Positions 61,763-64,000 of a stretch of DNA of 64,000 nt are shown here, in pieces (the stretch's first letter is position 1; each line of letters opens with the position of its first letter). The notes beneath the pieces were generated by a model that saw only the letters and a program-made list of their open reading frames with translations, made no database searches and was not told the origin of the DNA. The position numbers and the translations under genes were made by a program. The stretch lies in contig JBMSNZ010000001.1 in the NCBI GenBank assembly GCA_049421965.1, positions 2,016 through 66,015 on the forward strand, given 5' to 3'. This DNA is from Erythrobacter sp. Its GTDB lineage: Bacteria > Pseudomonadota > Alphaproteobacteria > Sphingomonadales > Sphingomonadaceae.

Positions 61763-63526
61763 TCAGCCCTTGCGCTTTTCAGCCAGGGCCTGATCTGCCT
61801 TCTGCTTCTCCGCCGCCGCGCGCAATTGCGGGTGCTTCGAATAGAGATAGCTCTGCTGCGCCAGGGTCAGGATGTTCGATGTGACCCAGTACAGCAGCAA
61901 GCCCGCTGCAAACGGCGCCATCACGAACATGAGGATCCATGGCATGAAAGCAAACACCTGCTGCTGCACCGGATCCATCGCGGTGGGGTTGAGCCGGAAG
62001 GTCAGCCACATGGTGATACCCAGCAGCAGCGCCAGCACGCCGATGCCGAGGAAGCCCGGCGGATCGAACGGCAGCAGGCCGAACAGGTTGAGGATCTTCG
62101 CCGGATCGGGCGCGGAAAGGTCTTCGATCCACAGATAGAACGGCTTGTGGCGCATCTCGATCGCAAGGATCAGCGCCTTGTAGAGCGCGAAGAAGATCGG
62201 GATCTGGATCAGGATCGGCAGGCAGCCCGCAAGCGGGTTCACCTTCTCTTCCTGATACAGCTTCATGATCTCCTGTTGCTGCTTCTGCTTGTCATCCTTG
62301 TAGCGTTCCTGGATCGCCTTCATCTTGGGCTGGACCGCTTTCATGGCAGCCATGCTGGCAAATTGCCGCTGAGCGATCGGGAACATGAGGCCGCGGATGA
62401 TCACGGTCAGCAATATGATCGCCACGCCGAAATTGCCGGCGAATTCGTAGAGCGTGCGCAGCAGCCACACCATCGGCTTGACGAACCATTCGAACCAGCC
62501 CCAGTCGATCGCTTTCTCGAAATTCTCGATCCCGCCGTCCTGGTACTGGCCCAGCACCACGCTTTCCTTGGCCCCGGCAAATAGGCGGGTGGTGCGACTG
62601 ATCTGCGTGCCAGGCGCCAGCGTTTGCGGCGCATAGATCAGGTCGGCACGAAACAGGTCGCTGCCGAGCGAACGGAAGCCCGCAGTGGCATCCTGCTGGT
62701 CGCCAGGGATCAGCGCCGCCAGCCAGTAGGTATCGGTGAAGCCGAACCAGTCGGGTGCTCCGCCTTCAGGCGTATGCGAACCGGTCTCGGCCAGATCGTG
62801 GTAATCCGGCCCGTACTCTACCGTTTCGCCAAACGCGCCCATCGGCCCCGAATGCGCATTGAATGTGCTGGGGCTGGCATTTTTCGACGTGCGCTTGATC
62901 AGCGCAAACGGCTGCACAACCGCCGCGTTGGTGCCGCGGTTGGCAACGGTCTGAACCGCTTCGATCATGTACTGGTCGTCGATCGACAGCTTGATCGTAT
63001 AGGTCAGGCCGTCCTGGCCCTGCCGGGTAAGCGTGAGCGGACTGGACGGCGTCAGTGAACCGCCGCTTGCCTGCCACACCGCGTTTTCCGGCAGGCGCTG
63101 GCCATTGGCGAGGAAGCCGAACTCGGCAAAATACTGCCCTGGCGTGCCATCGGGCGAGAACAGCTGTACCGGGCGGCTGTCCTTCTTCACCGTGTCGCGG
63201 TGATCCTTGAGTTCGATATCGTCGATCCGCGCGCCGACCAGGTTGATCGTGCCCTCGACCCGCGGCGCATCAATCTTCACCCGCTCGGGCGAGGCCAGCG
63301 CACGGGCCAGGTCTACCGCTGCGGCTCCGCTGGGCGGCGTCGCGCCGATCGCATTGCCAGGGATCGCGGCCTGCGAGGGCGCTGCAGCTGGCGTGGCTGT
63401 GGCAGTCGCGGACGGATGGCGCGAGAGTGACGCTTGCGGATAGAAATACCGCATCGCCATGTCCCATCCGAGGATGAGCAGGCCCGAGAGCGCGACGGCG
63501 AGCAGTAAGTTGCGCTGGTTGTCCAA
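61763..63526 (-). CDS. yidC: Membrane protein insertase YidC
   Basis: TTG start; IDWGWF, GNFGVAII, NPLAGCLP, LLLYWVTSN. Confidence 0.96.
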   Translation of the reverse strand: MDNQRNLLLAVALSGLLILGWDMAMRYFYPQASLSRHPSATATATPAAAPSQAAIPGNAIGATPPSGAAAVDLARALASPERVKIDAPRVEGTINLVGARIDDIELKDHRDTVKKDSRPVQLFSPDGTPGQYFAEFGFLANGQRLPENAVWQASGGSLTPSSPLTLTRQGQDGLTYTIKLSIDDQYMIEAVQTVANRGTNAAVVQPFALIKRTSKNASPSTFNAHSGPMGAFGETVEYGPDYHDLAETGSHTPEGGAPDWFGFTDTYWLAALIPGDQQDATAGFRSLGSDLFRADLIYAPQTLAPGTQISRTTRLFAGAKESVVLGQYQDGGIENFEKAIDWGWFEWFVKPMVWLLRTLYEFAGNFGVAIILLTVIIRGLMFPIAQRQFASMAAMKAVQPKMKAIQERYKDDKQKQQQEIMKLYQEEKVNPLAGCLPILIQIPIFFALYKALILAIEMRHKPFYLWIEDLSAPDPAKILNLFGLLPFDPPGFLGIGVLALLLGITMWLTFRLNPTAMDPVQQQVFAFMPWILMFVMAPFAAGLLLYWVTSNILTLAQQSYLYSKHPQLRAAAEKQKADQALAEKRKG

Positions 63527-63589
63527 GGTGAGGTCTCTTCGCGTTTCGATCTATCTGGGAAGGTGTATTATAATATCAAGACACTAGGG

Positions 63590-63799
63590 TCAGGGAACCG
63601 GATCATAACCGTGCCCGCCCCAGGGGTGGCAGCGCATTAGCCGCTTAATTGCCATCCATCCACCCTTGATCGCGCCATGTTTGCCGAGCGCCTCGACCGC
63701 ATATTCGCTGCAGGACGGCGCATAGCGACAGGTCGGCGGCAGGATCCGGCTTGGGCCCCATTGCCACAGGCGTGCGACAAAGATCAGCACGTGCTTCAT
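63590..63799 (-). CDS. yidD: Membrane protein insertion efficiency factor YidD
   Basis: [28 protein letters not shown]. Confidence 0.95.
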   Translation of the reverse strand: MKHVLIFVARLWQWGPSRILPPTCRYAPSCSEYAVEALGKHGAIKGGWMAIKRLMRCHPWGGHGYDPVP

Positions 63800-63999
63800 C
63801 GTGCCGCTCCGCGATCCGCTGCACCGGCTGGATTGCCGCGCCTCGGGCGCCGGCCACGTGAGCCCCGCGGCGGATCGCCCTTGCCTGCCCCCGCGCGGGC
63901 CAGCGCTTCGGCCAGATCGCCTTGCAGCGCTGCGAAGTCGCGCGTGGCCGCACCGTCGCGCGCGATCAGCACGTGATCATGGTCGGGCAGGCCTTGCTC
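63796..63999 (-). CDS. rnpA: Ribonuclease P protein, C-terminal part (5' end outside window)
   Basis: Reads ..[26 protein letters not shown]..; stop overlaps the yidD ATG; canonical position. Confidence 0.85.
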   Translation of the reverse strand, partial: EQGLPDHDHVLIARDGAATRDFAALQGDLAEALARAGAGKGDPPRGSRGRRPRRGNPAGAADRGAAR

Positions 64000-64000
64000 G

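Overview
This window is a GC-rich alphaproteobacterial chromosome segment whose gene content and order suggest Sphingomonadales/Erythrobacteraceae (inference). It contains the dnaA neighbourhood (dut-coaBC, ubiB-ubiE, mutM, rpsT, dnaA), the rnpA-yidD-yidC-engB operon and housekeeping genes (ispG, acnA, ruvAB, aroC, katG, secB, murJ, trpS, dapB, dapE, nth). I found no rRNA, tRNA, CRISPR array, transposase or integrase. The main accessory signals are: (1) a bufferin-type RiPP metallophore locus in which one DUF692/DUF2063 enzyme pair sits with two different precursor classes, driven by two perfect back-to-back GTAACC-N16-CGAA SigF promoters; (2) an orphan yjhX/topAI gene whose ribosome-binding region is base-paired to a 7-codon uORF (MSETAIR), resembling a translation-stress attenuator; (3) a roughly 235-nt, multi-junction candidate sRNA between the rhodanese gene and ruvB; (4) a 609-aa exported protein with five Cys-pair helical repeats; (5) a P450 plus Rieske oxygenase cassette with no redox partners, an I-helix Thr-to-Ala change and an FNR/FixK-like box; (6) a roughly 175-aa acidic insert in CoaBC; (7) a phased array of DnaA-like boxes after dnaA; and (8) a 35-bp dispersed repeat that supplies the aroC stop codon. 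All family assignments come from motif recognition without database searches. A few local patches look like base-calling errors.
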